A stretch of 64,000 nt of DNA from Phoronis australis (GCA_002633005.1 NMRA01000140.1:1-64000), one strand, 5' to 3'. Positions 25,900-38,341 are shown, counted from the stretch's first letter. Numbers and translations: made by a program. The notes: a model not told the origin generated them from the letters alone.

Positions 25900-26838
25900 C
25901 ATTCATGAATGCCAAACAAATCAGACTATTCTATCAAAAGTTATTCCCACCAGATAGTGCATTTTTTCACTTGAAACCACTTTCATTTTATTAATTATAA
26001 TACTTGTAGTGAAGATTGGTTTAAAAATTGTACTATACATACTTTTGCACAGAAACCCGACAATTATTATAATGAAAAAGAAATCAGACAAATTTATTTT
26101 TTACCCTTCAGCCTTCCCATAAATCCTGAATTAAAGAACTTCAGGTACCTATTTACCCATAGAAGAACATTTACAAACATCACTTTATACAAAATAGGGG
26201 TAGTCCAAACTGATAAATGCCCCTATTGTGACGAGTTGCAGACTTTACTTCATATGTTTTATTATTGCACCTGTGTCAGGGAATCAGTGCAAGCACTCTT
26301 AAATAAAGCCTTAAATACTCAATACATGTTTACGATTTGGGGCATGTTAGATTTCGTTCAAAACTCTAACCAAAATCACAAATTAATTTGCAATACCATT
26401 TATACGCTTGCACTTTACTTCATTTATCAGACAACAAAGGTAGAAAAGCCTCTCCTTTTTAACGATTTCAAGTTGAAGTTACAAACGTTTTTAAACACAA
26501 TTTTAAAAAGACACCTCGGACACAAATGTGGATAAATGGAGGGGTGTGCACGCATGCTTTTATTTAATATTATAGAAATGATCAAAATTCTACTGTTATT
26601 ACTATTTTCATTTATATAGCACATAATTTCATCAGACATCACATTAGCACGGTGTGAGTGTGTGAATGAATGGCGCCTGAAAGTTCTTTCCCCGGTCCCC
26701 ATTCCCCGTTTCAGTCACATTTTATTGCCGTATATATTTATTGGTTAATATAATATACTTTTGTTGAAGCCAGGCGCCCCGCTTCAGACTGGCTTTGTAT
26801 TATTGTCTGGGCAATAAATATATGTATAAAAAAGAAAA
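25900..26838 (+). mobile_element. 3' remnant of an L1/Tx1-like non-LTR retrotransposon (zf-RVT-type C-terminus and A-rich tail)
   Basis: From about 26125: PELKNFRYLFTHRRTFTNITLYKIGVVQTDKCPYCDELQTLLHMFYYC, matching the HRxLxTN...CxxC...HLFxxC signature. AATAAA plus A-rich tail at about 26813-26838. 5' limit uncertain. Confidence 0.7.
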
Positions 26839-28991
26839 CAGTTTGAATCTAATTTTTAAACAATTCTAGTACTAGTAATTTACCCAAAAGACATGCACCT
26901 GACCCCATGTACTCAAGGGTGTGGGATTTATATGACCCGGATACATTTTTGAAATCGTTGTAGCGTGTACTCAACGAAATTCTGTCTCACGTGGTCGTGG
27001 TGCCTACATATTTGCCGCGTCATAGTTTTTAAAAATCGTTCAACGCTACATCCGACGGCCGACTTCAGTAAAGCTAGGACCTACGCGGTGACCTTGCTAA
27101 AATCTAGCCAAAATCGGGTGTTCTAATTTGAAATACATGACAGTATCTCACGTATTCGCGCAAAGGGGGAAGAGGGGAATAATTAATTAAGCCCATTCAC
27201 AGATGACTTACAAATTCACATGAACTTTGACCTTTATTCGTGTGTCAGATCGCTGCTGGGTGCAGTAGTTATTCACATAGCACAAATAGTCTACAAGTGT
27301 ATGAGGCGGGTTGAGGGGGGTAGTAGTAGCTAAGAGGGAAAAAGTTGGGCAAGGAAAGAAAATGGTGGGCAAAGAAATTCATTCATATTGTAGGGCATTT
27401 CAGATATGAAAAAAGTGTTACATGAGGACTCACTGACGGTGATAAATTTGCCTTGTACGCTTTAACTGGGGCTTGCGGTCGATCTAGTATGGCCGACTCA
27501 GATCTTGAAAAAATGCGTGTTCGTACATCCTTGTGATATTTTTTCAAACTGTTTTATTTTAAATTATTCGGGCCAATATTTTTAAAGAACATAAGCAACA
27601 TTTTGGCCCAAAATAGCCCATTTTTGGTGCACATAGGTAAAATAAGTAAAGCCGTTTTAAAACGGTACAATTGAAAGGTAGAGATAAAATGTTTATAATA
27701 TTTTATAAAAATTGAACCTCTCTATCAAAAGACAGTCTTTTCACTTTTAAAGAGGTTTCCCACCTAAATTGGAGCGCAAAATGTAGTAAATTCTGCCCAT
27801 TTTTTTGTTTAATCATTTAATAATTGCTTTGGGGACCAATTCGTGGTATGCTGGTGATTTCAAATAATATTTTCTTGTCAGTTTTCTGTATCACTATGAA
27901 ACTTAAAAATAAATATTGGGCATTTCGTTTGTTTCCAACTAGCCCGGATTATGGAAGGAACATACCATCTTTTTCTTGATTACGGGCATTCGGCAGTTGT
28001 AACTTGTGAACCCCATCAAGGTGCTTCATTACTTTTTGCAAATATATTTCTATGACTGTGACAATGGTGGGCATCTATAGTGTGCTGTGTGGACTTTCTG
28101 TAGCCAGCCCAAGTAAAATTTAAAAAGAAACTCCATGTTTTCAGACGCAAAATAGGGTCTGAATGTATTCTGGGGATTCCTCATGAAGTCTTCATCAATC
28201 AATCATAAATATAGACGAAAATTTTACCACTGTGAATTTTTTAGACGTATGTCAATAGACCGTTGTCTGAGGGGTGTTCACGGCGGCGCAAAATTCGTGG
28301 TTTCAAGCCAAATGAACGAGACAAGAAAAGGTTATTGCTTTTGAACCGTGAAAAACACGAAAAACCACTTTAGACGTCAAAAATGCGAACAGGGAAAGCA
28401 ATATTTGAAGAAAAATTGAAAGAACTTATAAAGTATTCAGATTCCGCGAGTTTGATGACGTCTTAGCCCACTCGGTTCGGCCGTTGCCCAGACTATCAAG
28501 TAAACCTGCAAGCAAAACTACAGTGCATTAAGCCGTAAAAATTGGTTGATAACTTTCTAGAGACACGTAGAAGAATAAACATTTTGTTGTAGCTGCTGGG
28601 ATATTTCACGTGAAATTAATTGCTTTTCATTGACGTCAAGTATTTCGTCCGGACCTCCTGGTAGCCAAACCGTGACTTTGATGTCGTCACAGCGCACTCC
28701 GTCCGGCGTGTGACGTATAAAAGAAATGCATCCACACATTTATCATTTAACCGAGTTTTTGCGGGTGCCAATTTGATATCTTGTACAAGTACGCCAGTTA
28801 GTGCTAGCATACAGCAGAAATAGAAAAGAAACAAAACGGTAGACAATCCTCCATAGACAAACAAGTTATTGGTTGAGTATGCTGTACTTGAAACTAATCT
28901 ACACATTCCCACTTTTATCCAGTTGAGAGATTAGAGATGTATTCATTCAAAATCCCATTTACGCTGCTGAATGAACAGTAAAACATCTGGA

Positions 28992-29365
28992 GCCAGGGTC
29001 TAATCTTTTTACTGGAAAATGAAATTGTTTTTAACTTTTCTGTTTTATTTTTGTGTAAACTCGAGATGTAATTTCTGTTTTTCGCGGTCCTCCAGTCTGT
29101 TGGGCTTAGTTTATGCTGAGAGTGTCTAGTCTAAATTCGCAATTGATAAACACAAAATTTAAGCTACAATCTGTAGACTTCTAAGTATAAAATGGAAATT
29201 TCGAGTCGAGACTGGGGTCATCAAGTGCAATCCAGTGTTTGACAGCCATTCACATAAGTCACGTTTATCTTGCCAGTTTCAGTTGGACACTGAGCTAGGC
29301 AGACTGAAATGACGGTGAAAAATAATTTTGAGTTAGATTTCAAGTATGAATATTAGACCCCGGGC
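28992..29365. mobile_element. Possible MITE upstream of ALDH16A1
   Basis: Imperfect terminal inverted repeats gccagggtctaat / attagaccccgggc. The internal gggtcatcaagtgcaa segment recurs near 62143. No TSD found. Confidence 0.35.
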
Positions 29366-29625
29366 GCGGGTCATGCATAATCAATACTTCCACAAATATT
29401 CTGCTCATGCACACTGTAGCTGAATTCATCAAACGAACAGTTTGGTGAATCAATTAAAGTACAATTTTGTTCAGTCTCCGATTGCCAAAAAGTACGCTGC
29501 ATGTCACCAAAACGCTATCTGGTCGCTTGATGTCGCGAGAGTAAAAAAGGTTATTTTGCGACTGGGTCGCAGTGTTATTGTTGTTTTTGTTGACCTATTT
29601 CTCGTGACCTAGATGGACTCCAAAG

Positions 29626-29727
29626 ATGGCAGCCACGCAAGAGTTTTTGTCCGATCCTAACTCAATCTCTTCAATATTTGAAAAAATGAGCTACGGTCCA
29701 GCACCTGAAGCAGAAAATGTTGTCACG
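29626..29727 (+). CDS. ALDH16A1: ALDH16A1 exon 1
   Basis: MAATQEFLSDPNSISSIFEKMSYGPAPEAENVVT|gtaaat, phase 0; ATG sits in a YY1-like caaagATGGCagc context. Confidence 0.9.
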
Positions 29728-29828
29728 GTAAATCAATCGTCATTTTTCCCTGAATTATCTTGTCACTGCCCAAGCAGGGAATTGAGGTAGGAGCTGTGGA
29801 GCAATGGACCAAGCTCCCTCAAGTGAGC

Positions 29829-30560
29829 TCAAGTCAAGTCATTTTATTTATGATAGTCGGTGAAACAAAAGAAAACATTAGCCACAGGCTAGTATACCGA
29901 CAAATAAATACATCAGTTATAGAATAAATAAATATGAAATTAAAACAAAATTTAAAATACTATATACAAGGTTAACAATATTGAGCAATTAGCACCATAG
30001 GAGAGGAGATTCTGTTAGATTCAAGAAGTCAAAGGTTCTGCACTTGCAGGGAGGCTCAGTCCATGTGTTTGCATATTGCACAAATGTCTTTAAATGTAGG
30101 CTTGATCTCGCCTCCTCTGATAAAGAGTTCCACAAATTAGAGCCATAGGCGTTGAAAAGATTGTAGACCATACCGAGTGGTTCTGCACTGGGGAATGTTT
30201 GTCCTGTTGTATGATCTCAAATTATATGGCGTCCTGCGAATTGTGAGAAGGTCCCTCAGAAATGGGGGTGACAAGAGGTTCAAAATTTGAAAACTTCTTT
30301 TAGAATCATTCTCTGTTTACCAAGCTCAAGAGTAAGCAGATTAGCCCTCTCTAATAGTGTTTCATATGAGCTAGAAAAATCATCAAATGCAAATCGTAAG
30401 GCCCTACAGGGAACTCATTCAATCTTATGCGTATTGACTAGGCCACAAAAATGGCAGTGCTAGTGCACTGCTGTGCATAAACTTGGAACTCAGTTACTCT
30501 CAAGAAAATACTTTTTCACATAGAAAGACACCTTAGGAGGCCATTGGTGTCTTTAACTCC
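29829..30560 (-). mobile_element. 3' remnant of a CR1/L2-group LINE in ALDH16A1 intron 1 (antisense)
   Basis: Minus strand reads RALRFAFDDFSSSYETLLERANLLTLE...YNLRS...TTRYG...YGSNLWNSL, with stops and frameshifts. Ends in aataaa and a (tgact)n tail at about 29829-29850. Confidence 0.8.
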
Positions 30561-31173
30561 TTTCAACTCGAACAAATACCCTCGTAATCAGACTTTTTCT
30601 TTGAGCAGTCTTTAATTCGTTCAGTTGCACAATTCGGCAACTGACCATGTTTACATTGCACACGCTCCCTATTTTTACCATGCCCAACCAGGAGCGCGTT
30701 CAGTGTTGGAAAGAATTAATGACATTGACATCCTCCTAAGGTGTCCCTCTATGCGACTTAGATGTTTCAATCATTGTGAGCCATAATTCACCACAAAGCT
30801 ACTCAGGCCAGCTAGAGACGGTGGTCACCATCTAGCCGATTGCTAACTACCATATGATTGGCTGCTGCCGGAGCTATGAATTGGGGTCATTTGTTGCCTG
30901 TGAAATCGGTAATCAGGTACCAATCACATGGTAGCTACTGATCAACACGTCACCCAGTGGCACGTTTGATTACATCACGTCTGCCTTCAAGTCTTGTCAA
31001 GTGATTTGGTTTTGATGTCTCCTAAATATTTTGTGTATGAGAGCTGTGTTCTAAAAAGGAGATGAGCTGTGGAACAAATAAACTGAATGACATTACATGT
31101 GCATCAATATCAGTGATCCGTTAAGTATCAGGATTGGAACACCATTGTGTAAATTTATTTGGTCATGTTTCAG

Positions 31174-31276
31174 GCTTGGCTGGAAGATCACAACAGAGCC
31201 TTTGGTCATTTTATCAATGGAGAATGGGTCAAACCAGAGGGAAGAAAAACATACCAGTCGAAGAACCCTGCCACAG
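31174..31276 (+). CDS. ALDH16A1: ALDH16A1 exon 2
   Basis: tttcag|AWLEDHNRAFGHFINGEWVKPEGRKTYQSKNPAT G|gtattg. Confidence 0.93.
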
Positions 31277-31422
31277 GTATTGAGTGGGATACTGCCCGTT
31301 TCTGTATGTCTTCAACTTCATATTCTGTGGAATGCTTTGTAACCAGATCATCATTGTCTAGATTTTTATAAACTGGATAAATGTAACTCATGTGAATACA
31401 CTAAAAAGTCTCGTTTGTTATG

Positions 31423-31560
31423 TAATATTCGAAAATTTCAAAAAGGCTTTTGACAGTGTTCATCACAAGATATTGTTTTTTTTGTTTAATAAAAAAATGG
31501 CATTCATGGACATGTTTTAGAAGTTCTGCTGTCATTATACGATTTTATTAGTGAGATGTA
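31423..31560 (+). mobile_element. Short LINE reverse-transcriptase fragment in intron 2
   Basis: IFENFKKAFDSVHHKILF...NGIHGHVLEVLLSLY matches the RT DxxKAFDSV motif region. Confidence 0.6.
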
Positions 31561-32367
31561 AGAGTTGTCATCAGTTGTTGATCATTATAACCATCACAAA
31601 TTAATTCAGTGCAGTACAGTAAATCAGGATCTCATTTTTCAAACATAAAAAGCTGAATCAGCACTAGATATGTGTTAGCGACACGGTTTCTAGTTACAAT
31701 TATTACATTATTATTACATTATATTACATTATTATATTACGTTATTCTGGGATTGGTTTAATTATTCATGTCATAAATTATACTTTGGTTTGCAATAACG
31801 TAGGTATCTGCTGTATATGATGTATGTCAGAAAACCATGCAAGTGTTTGACTGAAGTTTGTATACTGTACTGGCCCTACACTACCAAACATTGGGATCCA
31901 GTAGACCTATCTTTCAAAATTTTTAAGATCCATTTCAAATTCTTGGTGTTGTGAATTCCACTGTGCAGGCTATTATTAACCGTGCACAATCACCTTTAGA
32001 TTCATTTTGTTTATAATTTACACGATGTTGCCTCCTGTTTTCTATTAAAATACAGTTTTGGTTCTGAGATTTGTTTCCTCTCATCGATGTCATGAACTGC
32101 TGTGTTTAGGCCTCACTTTAGGGCCAGGAAAAGATTCAAAAAGTCTTTGCACTAACACAAAATGATGTGCAATGTATATATTGGCAAATTGAGCCGAAGC
32201 TTTTATCAATTTAAAATACAGGGAGATGGCCAACCAGAGAAACTCAAGTTGTATTTCCTACAGCTTATCGAAGTAGTGTTGAAGGTGACACGCATACTCA
32301 AAATACTCCCTTATCGGCAAATCGCATCGCATGACTCAAAACGCAGCCTTGAGGGATCACTCTGTAT

Positions 32368-32627
32368 GTGAAGTTCTGGCTTCCACAGTACAGTGTGAAC
32401 AATAAGATGTCAACCTGGCTGTTGGCTGAGATAAATGTAATAAGTATGATTTATTGGTATGAAGTGTTGGCTGCCCCACAGTACGGGGTGAACAAGAAAA
32501 CGTCAACGTTTTTGGATCGTATGTGTCTATGATTTATTTTAGCTGAAGTGTTGGCTTCCATGGTACAGGGTGAACAAGAAGATTTCGACTTGGCTGTTTG
32601 CTGATATGTGTCTATGATTTACTTTAG
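32368..32627 (+). repeat. Three degenerate tandem copies (about 85-90 bp) of the intron-2/exon-3 junction of ALDH16A1
   Basis: tgaagt(g/t)(c/t)tggc..cca..gtac.g.gtgaacaa.aa.a recurs at about 32369, 32460 and 32544, and in the true exon at 32629. Confidence 0.9.
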
Positions 32628-32754
32628 GTGAAGTGCTGGCCTCCACAGTACAGGGTGAACAAGAAGATGTTGATCTGGCCGTTGGTTGTGCCAGGAAGGC
32701 ATATGAATCCTGGAGTAAGACGTCACCACATGTCAGGGCCAGACACTTATACAG
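32628..32754 (+). CDS. ALDH16A1: ALDH16A1 exon 3
   Basis: ctttag|(G)EVLASTVQGEQEDVDLAVGCARKAYESWSKTSPHVRARHLY(S)|gtagtg. Confidence 0.93.
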
Positions 32755-33504
32755 GTAGTGTAAGTGCAGAGCGACTCTCATTATCTCTTTGTGTTGGGTT
32801 GATTATAGCAATTGCAAAATAAGGACACTTTCATACACAAACATATTTTGTGTCTTCATTTTTCTGGAATATTGCCTATCTTAAGATATTAGTGATGGTA
32901 GAAACATGGGTTCAGTCATTACATTGAAGAATGTAGCGACATCTGTAGGCAGTGTAAAACGAATGGTCCTATTCGGTGCAGTACCTGAATCTGGTTAGCA
33001 ATCTGAAACATGTACACCTTTTAGTAACATTGTTTTCTTGATTTTTGGATAATGTACCATCATCCATACTGTGAGTGTAAGTTTGTGCCAGGACTTGGCA
33101 ACAATGCTCTTTTGCATCATATGTTTCTCGTACTACAACATTTCCTGTAAATGATTTTTATGTCTGCAGTGTCTTTGAATTCATATGAATGGTATATGAA
33201 TGTACGTGTTAGGAATTCATAATGGTTGATATAATTTATCATGGAAGAATCATCATCAATGAAAATAATTTAAATGATTTTGTATCACTGAGCTATGATA
33301 AATTATCAAAAGAGGTTTTCCATGAATTTTGTTTGAATGATGATCATTTGTTATCAGCCTGATATGAATTGATATCAATGTGATATGAATTGATGTGAAC
33401 TGATATCAACCAGTTATGAATTGATATCAATCTGATATGGATTCTTATCAATCAAAAGGGGGGTGTACAGTATCTCCTTTCCAAGTCATGATACTTTGTT
33501 TTAG

Positions 33505-33683
33505 TATCGCTCGACATATTCAGAAGCACATGAGACTGTTTGCTGTGCTGGGGTCGATGGATAATGGTAAGCCATTCCGTGAGATGAGGGATGCTGATGT
33601 CCCGACGGTGGTTCGTCATTTCTATCACCATGCTGGCTGGGCACAGCTGATGGACTCTGAAATGAGGGGCTGGAAGTCTATAG
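33505..33683 (+). CDS. ALDH16A1: ALDH16A1 exon 4
   Basis: ttttag|(S)IARHIQKHMRLFAVLGSMDNGKPFREMRDADVPTVVRHFYHHAGWAQLMDSEMRGWKSI(G)|gtaaga. Confidence 0.95.
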
Positions 33684-33748
33684 GTAAGATGCAGTGTATC
33701 GTTACTGTAAAATGCATTCTAGACACTAAATTTGTCTGAATGTCCAAT

Positions 33749-33969
33749 TACACAGCTAGTAAAGACCAAGGTGGTTTGTCTGCCTCATGCACTGACCTTT
33801 TAAAACAGTTTTCTCTGCAGTGAATTGTGGGAAATTGAGGGCATGTCTAACTAATCAACCAAATATACACAGCTAAATATAAGGATCAAGATGGTGTGTC
33901 TGATTTATGCAGTAACCTTTTGAACACAATTTTCTCTGTAATGAATTGTGGGAAATTGAGAGCATGTCT
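33749..33969. repeat. Diverged two-copy tandem duplication (about 118 bp) in intron 4
   Basis: tacacagcta...gaattgtgggaaattgag(g/a)gcatgtct occurs twice in tandem. Confidence 0.75.
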
Positions 33970-34420
33970 GTGACTGATCAACCACGTATAGCAGTCACGG
34001 TTGACAGATGGCAACATTTTGAGTTTGTCACTTCCCAGTAATATGTACTTTGGGAGCACACACTCATCAGTGTTTGTCTGACCTTAAAAAGGTCAATCAT
34101 TTGTGGATTTTTAACCAGGATTTCATTGTCTAAAATTTAGAACATTGTTCCCTTTTTTGAAAGTATATAGTAATATATAAAATCTTGGCTTGACATATCA
34201 TTTTTATGCTTCTTGTAAAGGGAAGACGTTTTGTTGGGTGAGGGTCTATCAAAAACAGACCTTTATGAGTTTTAAGAATTCAAAAAATCAAAAGTTGTCG
34301 GCAAGCCCCTATATGACCTGAAAGAGTTGTTTAGTTTGACGTTATTTCCCTATAAAGCCTTTAGGCCCGCTGCCTACGTCTGACTGTGATCGTGTAGAAC
34401 ACTTGACTATTTCTATTTAG

Positions 34421-34560
34421 GTGTGGTTGGTGCCATTGTCCCCTGGAACTTCCCTATGATGTTACTTACGTGGAAGTTGGCCCCTGCCCTGGCCATGGGG
34501 AACACTGTAGTGCTGAAACCTGCCACGTACACTCGTTTGACTGCCTTGTTACTGGCTGAG
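34421..34560 (+). CDS. ALDH16A1: ALDH16A1 exon 5
   Basis: atttag|(G)[46 protein letters not shown]|gtatgt; PWNFP and GNTVVLKP motifs. Confidence 0.96.
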
Positions 34561-34853
34561 GTATGTATGCAGTGTTATGCTACATACTGTGTGTATTTAT
34601 AGTCTTCAAGTGTTGAATTTGAATTGTCACTTAGGTAAAAATATTTACTACACCACGCAACCTTTTGACATCAGCCTGTGTAAACTGTTGGGTCCTCAAA
34701 ACACAAGAAAAGGACGCTTCGTGGTTTAGTTGTGTAATATGTATCAATCTCCTTTTTTGTTTTATTGTAATAGTTGAGTATCTGATAAGTTTCTGTAGTT
34801 TATGATGTCTTGACTAACAATTACACACAGATCTTCATTTTGCCACTCTTTAG

Positions 34854-34976
34854 GTGTGTGCTGAGGCTGGACTGCCACCTGGTGTGTTCAACGTTGTCAC
34901 GGGTAACGGTGCGTTTGGCAGTAAATTAGCGTCACATGAGGATGTAGACAAGGTCGCCTTTACCGGATCTACAGCA
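34854..34976 (+). CDS. ALDH16A1: ALDH16A1 exon 6
   Basis: ctttag|[41 protein letters not shown]|gtgagt; FTGST NAD-binding motif. Confidence 0.96.
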
Positions 34977-35434
34977 GTGAGTTTTATAAAAAAATTGATA
35001 AAAACATTTGAACTTTTAATTCACAGCTGAAAGCTATTTGTCTGATAGTCGAGTTATGTAAGCCTACTTTAAAGACCTGTCTCTTATTTTACTATTTTCT
35101 CAGAATCATTTCTTGTGTGAGGGTTCTGTTCATATTGGCATGATCTGTTTAGTTGCTTTGGTGATTACAGGGATTGCCTTAACTCTTAGATCGACCTTAG
35201 GAACCCGTTATCAATTTGAAAACACTGCCTTGGAATAAATTGTTATTGGTTTGTTTTAGCGTATAATATACAGGTGTTTAGGCAATGGCTTGAGTTGGCG
35301 AAAGTAGGATGGAAAATGCATATCTCACTACATGGGACATTCAAGTATAGACCTCAAAATTTTTATTGGACTGCTTATGACCTGCCTGACTTTTGTCCAT
35401 TCCATGCATTACATTCCTGCTATTTTCTCAACAG

Positions 35435-35587
35435 GTTGGCCAAACCCTGAGGAGACTTGTAGCTGGTACTGGTAAGAAGTTGTCCCTGGAACTGGGAGGC
35501 AAGTCACCATTCATTGTGTTTGAGTCGGCTGACTTGGACAGTGCTGTGGAGGGGGTGGTTGATGCCATATGGTTCAACCAGGGTCAG
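35435..35587 (+). CDS. ALDH16A1: ALDH16A1 exon 7
   Basis: caacag|[51 protein letters not shown]|gtttgt; catalytic Glu motif LELGGKSP. Confidence 0.96.
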
Positions 35588-35609
35588 GTTTGTGAACATG
35601 TACTAATAT

Positions 35610-36089
35610 CAGGGCTTGGAATTTTCCGCGGAAACGTGGATTTCCGCTTTTTTGAAATGTGCTTTCCGCTTTTTTTATAATATTTCCGCGTAAAAAAATC
35701 GGATTTGATATGAAATTTCCGCGGCAAATTCCTTTCTTACCGCGGCGTTGCAGACGATGTTCACCTCGGAAAGCGGAAGTCTTTATGTTTCGGAGGAACG
35801 TAAATTGTCAACATTGCCGGGGCATCTGGGTAAAGCGTGGTGTGATTTCCAATGGCGGCTCGTGTCATTGTTAAGCGCGGCGACAAATACAACCGCTCTG
35901 CAGCCAAATGTGTGTGGGGTGGGAGTGGACGGGCGAGCGAAAAGGACGCAGACGCATGATACTGATGGTGGTAACGTTTTTTTTTTTTTTTTAGTCCCGA
36001 TTTTTGTCGCGGACCATTTCAAAGGCTGGGCATGATTTGGGCCGTAAAAGTGTTTCCGCGTTTTTTGTCATTGGTCATTCCAAGCCCTG
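35610..36089. mobile_element. 480-bp MITE with 13-bp perfect TIRs and a 6-bp TSD (hAT-like CAGGG ends)
   Basis: TIRs cagggcttggaat / attccaagccctg. taatat directly flanks both ends (35604-35609 and 36090-36095). GC/CpG-richer than the surrounding intron. Confidence 0.85.
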
Positions 36090-37164
36090 TAATATTGACT
36101 TTAGTAAAAAGATGGGATGACGTGGCCCAATTAATGAAAGATTGGTATGAAGTTAAAAATCAAAATGTACCGGTTTTCCTCTATAGTTTTCCAGATATTT
36201 GGCAAAACACACACACTCGTTGATAAGGTCCCACATTACTGTGTCTAGTACGTATGTGATCAAATTTGTCTGATTTACACAATTGCTTCCATCCTATATT
36301 TCCTATATCACAAAATACCATTTGAATCTGAATTTCACCCTCTTTTGTTGTCAATGATGATCTCGTAATTACAGTGCTTTCGGGGGGTGGGGTAAAAACA
36401 TTATCACGCTCAACAAGTCTTGATTTTTTGCCTAATTAGCAGGCAACTCATGTCACAGGCAATGCGCACCTGCACTATCTTAAGGTTAGCTTAACCCTAC
36501 AAGCTGTGAAGCATTTTCTTCAGTTGGTGATGGTTGCAATGGGCTTGTACATAATAGAAATAGAATCCTATCACGCTATGAAATTTATGAAAATAAATAT
36601 AGAATGCCTAATTAGATTCTCATTTTTTCAGGCTAAATATCTTTAAGTTAATAATGTTCTAATTGCTCTTTAGTGATCCTGACCTCTAACATTCTTGAGA
36701 AATGTCCAAATTTGGCTAACTGCGGAACATCGTATCTCAAAAGTGGTCGATTGGATTCTTATACTATGCTTCATGTTATTGGGAATTGTAGGTTTAAAGT
36801 GTCCTACATGCATAAAATGAAAGCAAAATCATATTTTCGAAAACTGTGGGCAGCATTTTCGATATCTAATTTTAAACATTTTATATCAAGTAAAATTTAA
36901 GCATTTTATTGATGCCATTGTTTTGCTACGGATTCCTCTTCTTTTTTGCTAAATTTTTCTTTAGTTACAAAACATGTTCACATGACCCAATTAATGGCAG
37001 ATTGGTGCAAAGTCAAAAATCAAATTTTACAGTTTTCTGCTTTCAAGAAATATATGCACTTTTACTAATTTGAAATCTATAGTTTTGTAGATATTTGTTT
37101 AGAGACACAAACTATTACCTCCATAGTTGGTGCCTGTAAACTTATACTATCCAATGTTACACAG

Positions 37165-37362
37165 GTGTGCAGTGCTGGGTCACGGCTTCTCGTTCAAGAG
37201 TCGGTGCATGACAAAATGGTGGCCAAGCTGAGAGAGAGAATGAAGCACCTGAGAGTTGGCAAAAACACGGATAAAGTGACAGACATTGGGGCTATTGTGG
37301 ACGAGTCACAGAAGAAGACTATCGATGAATACGTGCAGTCGGCTATCAGCGAGGGAGCCGAG
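37165..37362 (+). CDS. ALDH16A1: ALDH16A1 exon 8 (catalytic Cys)
   Basis: acacag|VCSAGSRLLVQESVHDKMVAKLRERMKHLRVG...AISEGAE|gtacgt; completes FNQGQ-VCSAGSR. Confidence 0.96.
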
Positions 37363-37946
37363 GTACGTGATGGATTGTTGTATTTTTTATGTTCGCACTG
37401 CAGGGACCATTTTTGATGATTGTTCATAAGGGTCAAGTTGTCTGTAGAATCTGAACTGTGAGCATGTTTAGGGATGGTTTTTAAGGCTTGGCCGATCATC
37501 GCCCCAGCAGGAATATTAAAGCTCCAGTTGTGCATATCCAAAATGATCACTGGGAGTGTGTAGAAAGGATGACTGTAATTTGAAAGCAATAGACGAGTAT
37601 TATTTCTGTCAGGCGACTCATCGCAGTTGCCCTTGGCTGCCGTGGCAACACTTGTGTAGCCTTACTCATAAAATTCTTGCGTCTACGGAACACAGCCCTG
37701 AAAATGGTTTGATAAGTTATCATATTTTACTGGCTCACACATAACTGCTTCATTTCCTCCATTTGCCGTATGGACAATATCGAAGCCATACTTCGTGATT
37801 ATAGAGATATAGTTATTTCCAATAAGGTCCATCCTTTTGAATGTTACGGTTTCTATGTTTTTATGTTTCTCGCTTTAGTCATTGTGTTGTTATCCGTCCT
37901 TGCCAACCGTTCACCTGTTGAGTCTCCAATCGTCCATTTGTTACAG

Positions 37947-38045
37947 GTATACCAAGAGTGTGCCTGTCTGCCGAAAGCTGGTTGCTTCTACCCACCAACA
38001 CTCATAACCAATGTACAAACTGTGTCCAGAGTTGTGGATGAAGAG
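37947..38045 (+). CDS. ALDH16A1: ALDH16A1 exon 9
   Basis: ttacag|VYQECACLPKAGCFYPPTLITNVQTVSRVVDEE|gtctgt. Confidence 0.93.
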
Positions 38046-38341
38046 GTCTGTAGTCAATAAAATTGTTGTCTCATGTAACCTTGAAATTTTAGCGGTAAAA
38101 TGTCTGTTTTCCCAACACAATTTTGCGCTCAAAAAGTTTCAAGGGCTTTTTTTGGAAAAATGCAGTTCGAATGTTTTGGAAGCTTGTACTTTCTACTGCA
38201 GAGACCCGATCATTCGTGGACTTGAAAGACCACCCAGGGTGAACTTTGTTTTATATTACTTCTTAATTTTTTAATATTTTTAGTGTTTATTATGAAAAAT
38301 ACAATGCACAATAATAAGAGTTAAGCCCAGAAAGTGCTAGA

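Noticed and set aside
29613-29625. Upstream ATG at 29613 as the ALDH16A1 start
   Set aside because: Out of frame with the conserved exon-1 peptide; the ATG at 29626 gives the ALDH16-like N-terminus.
33360-33440. (tgatatgaat)n and nearby (attacatt)n at 31700-31745
   Set aside because: Ordinary short intronic simple repeats.
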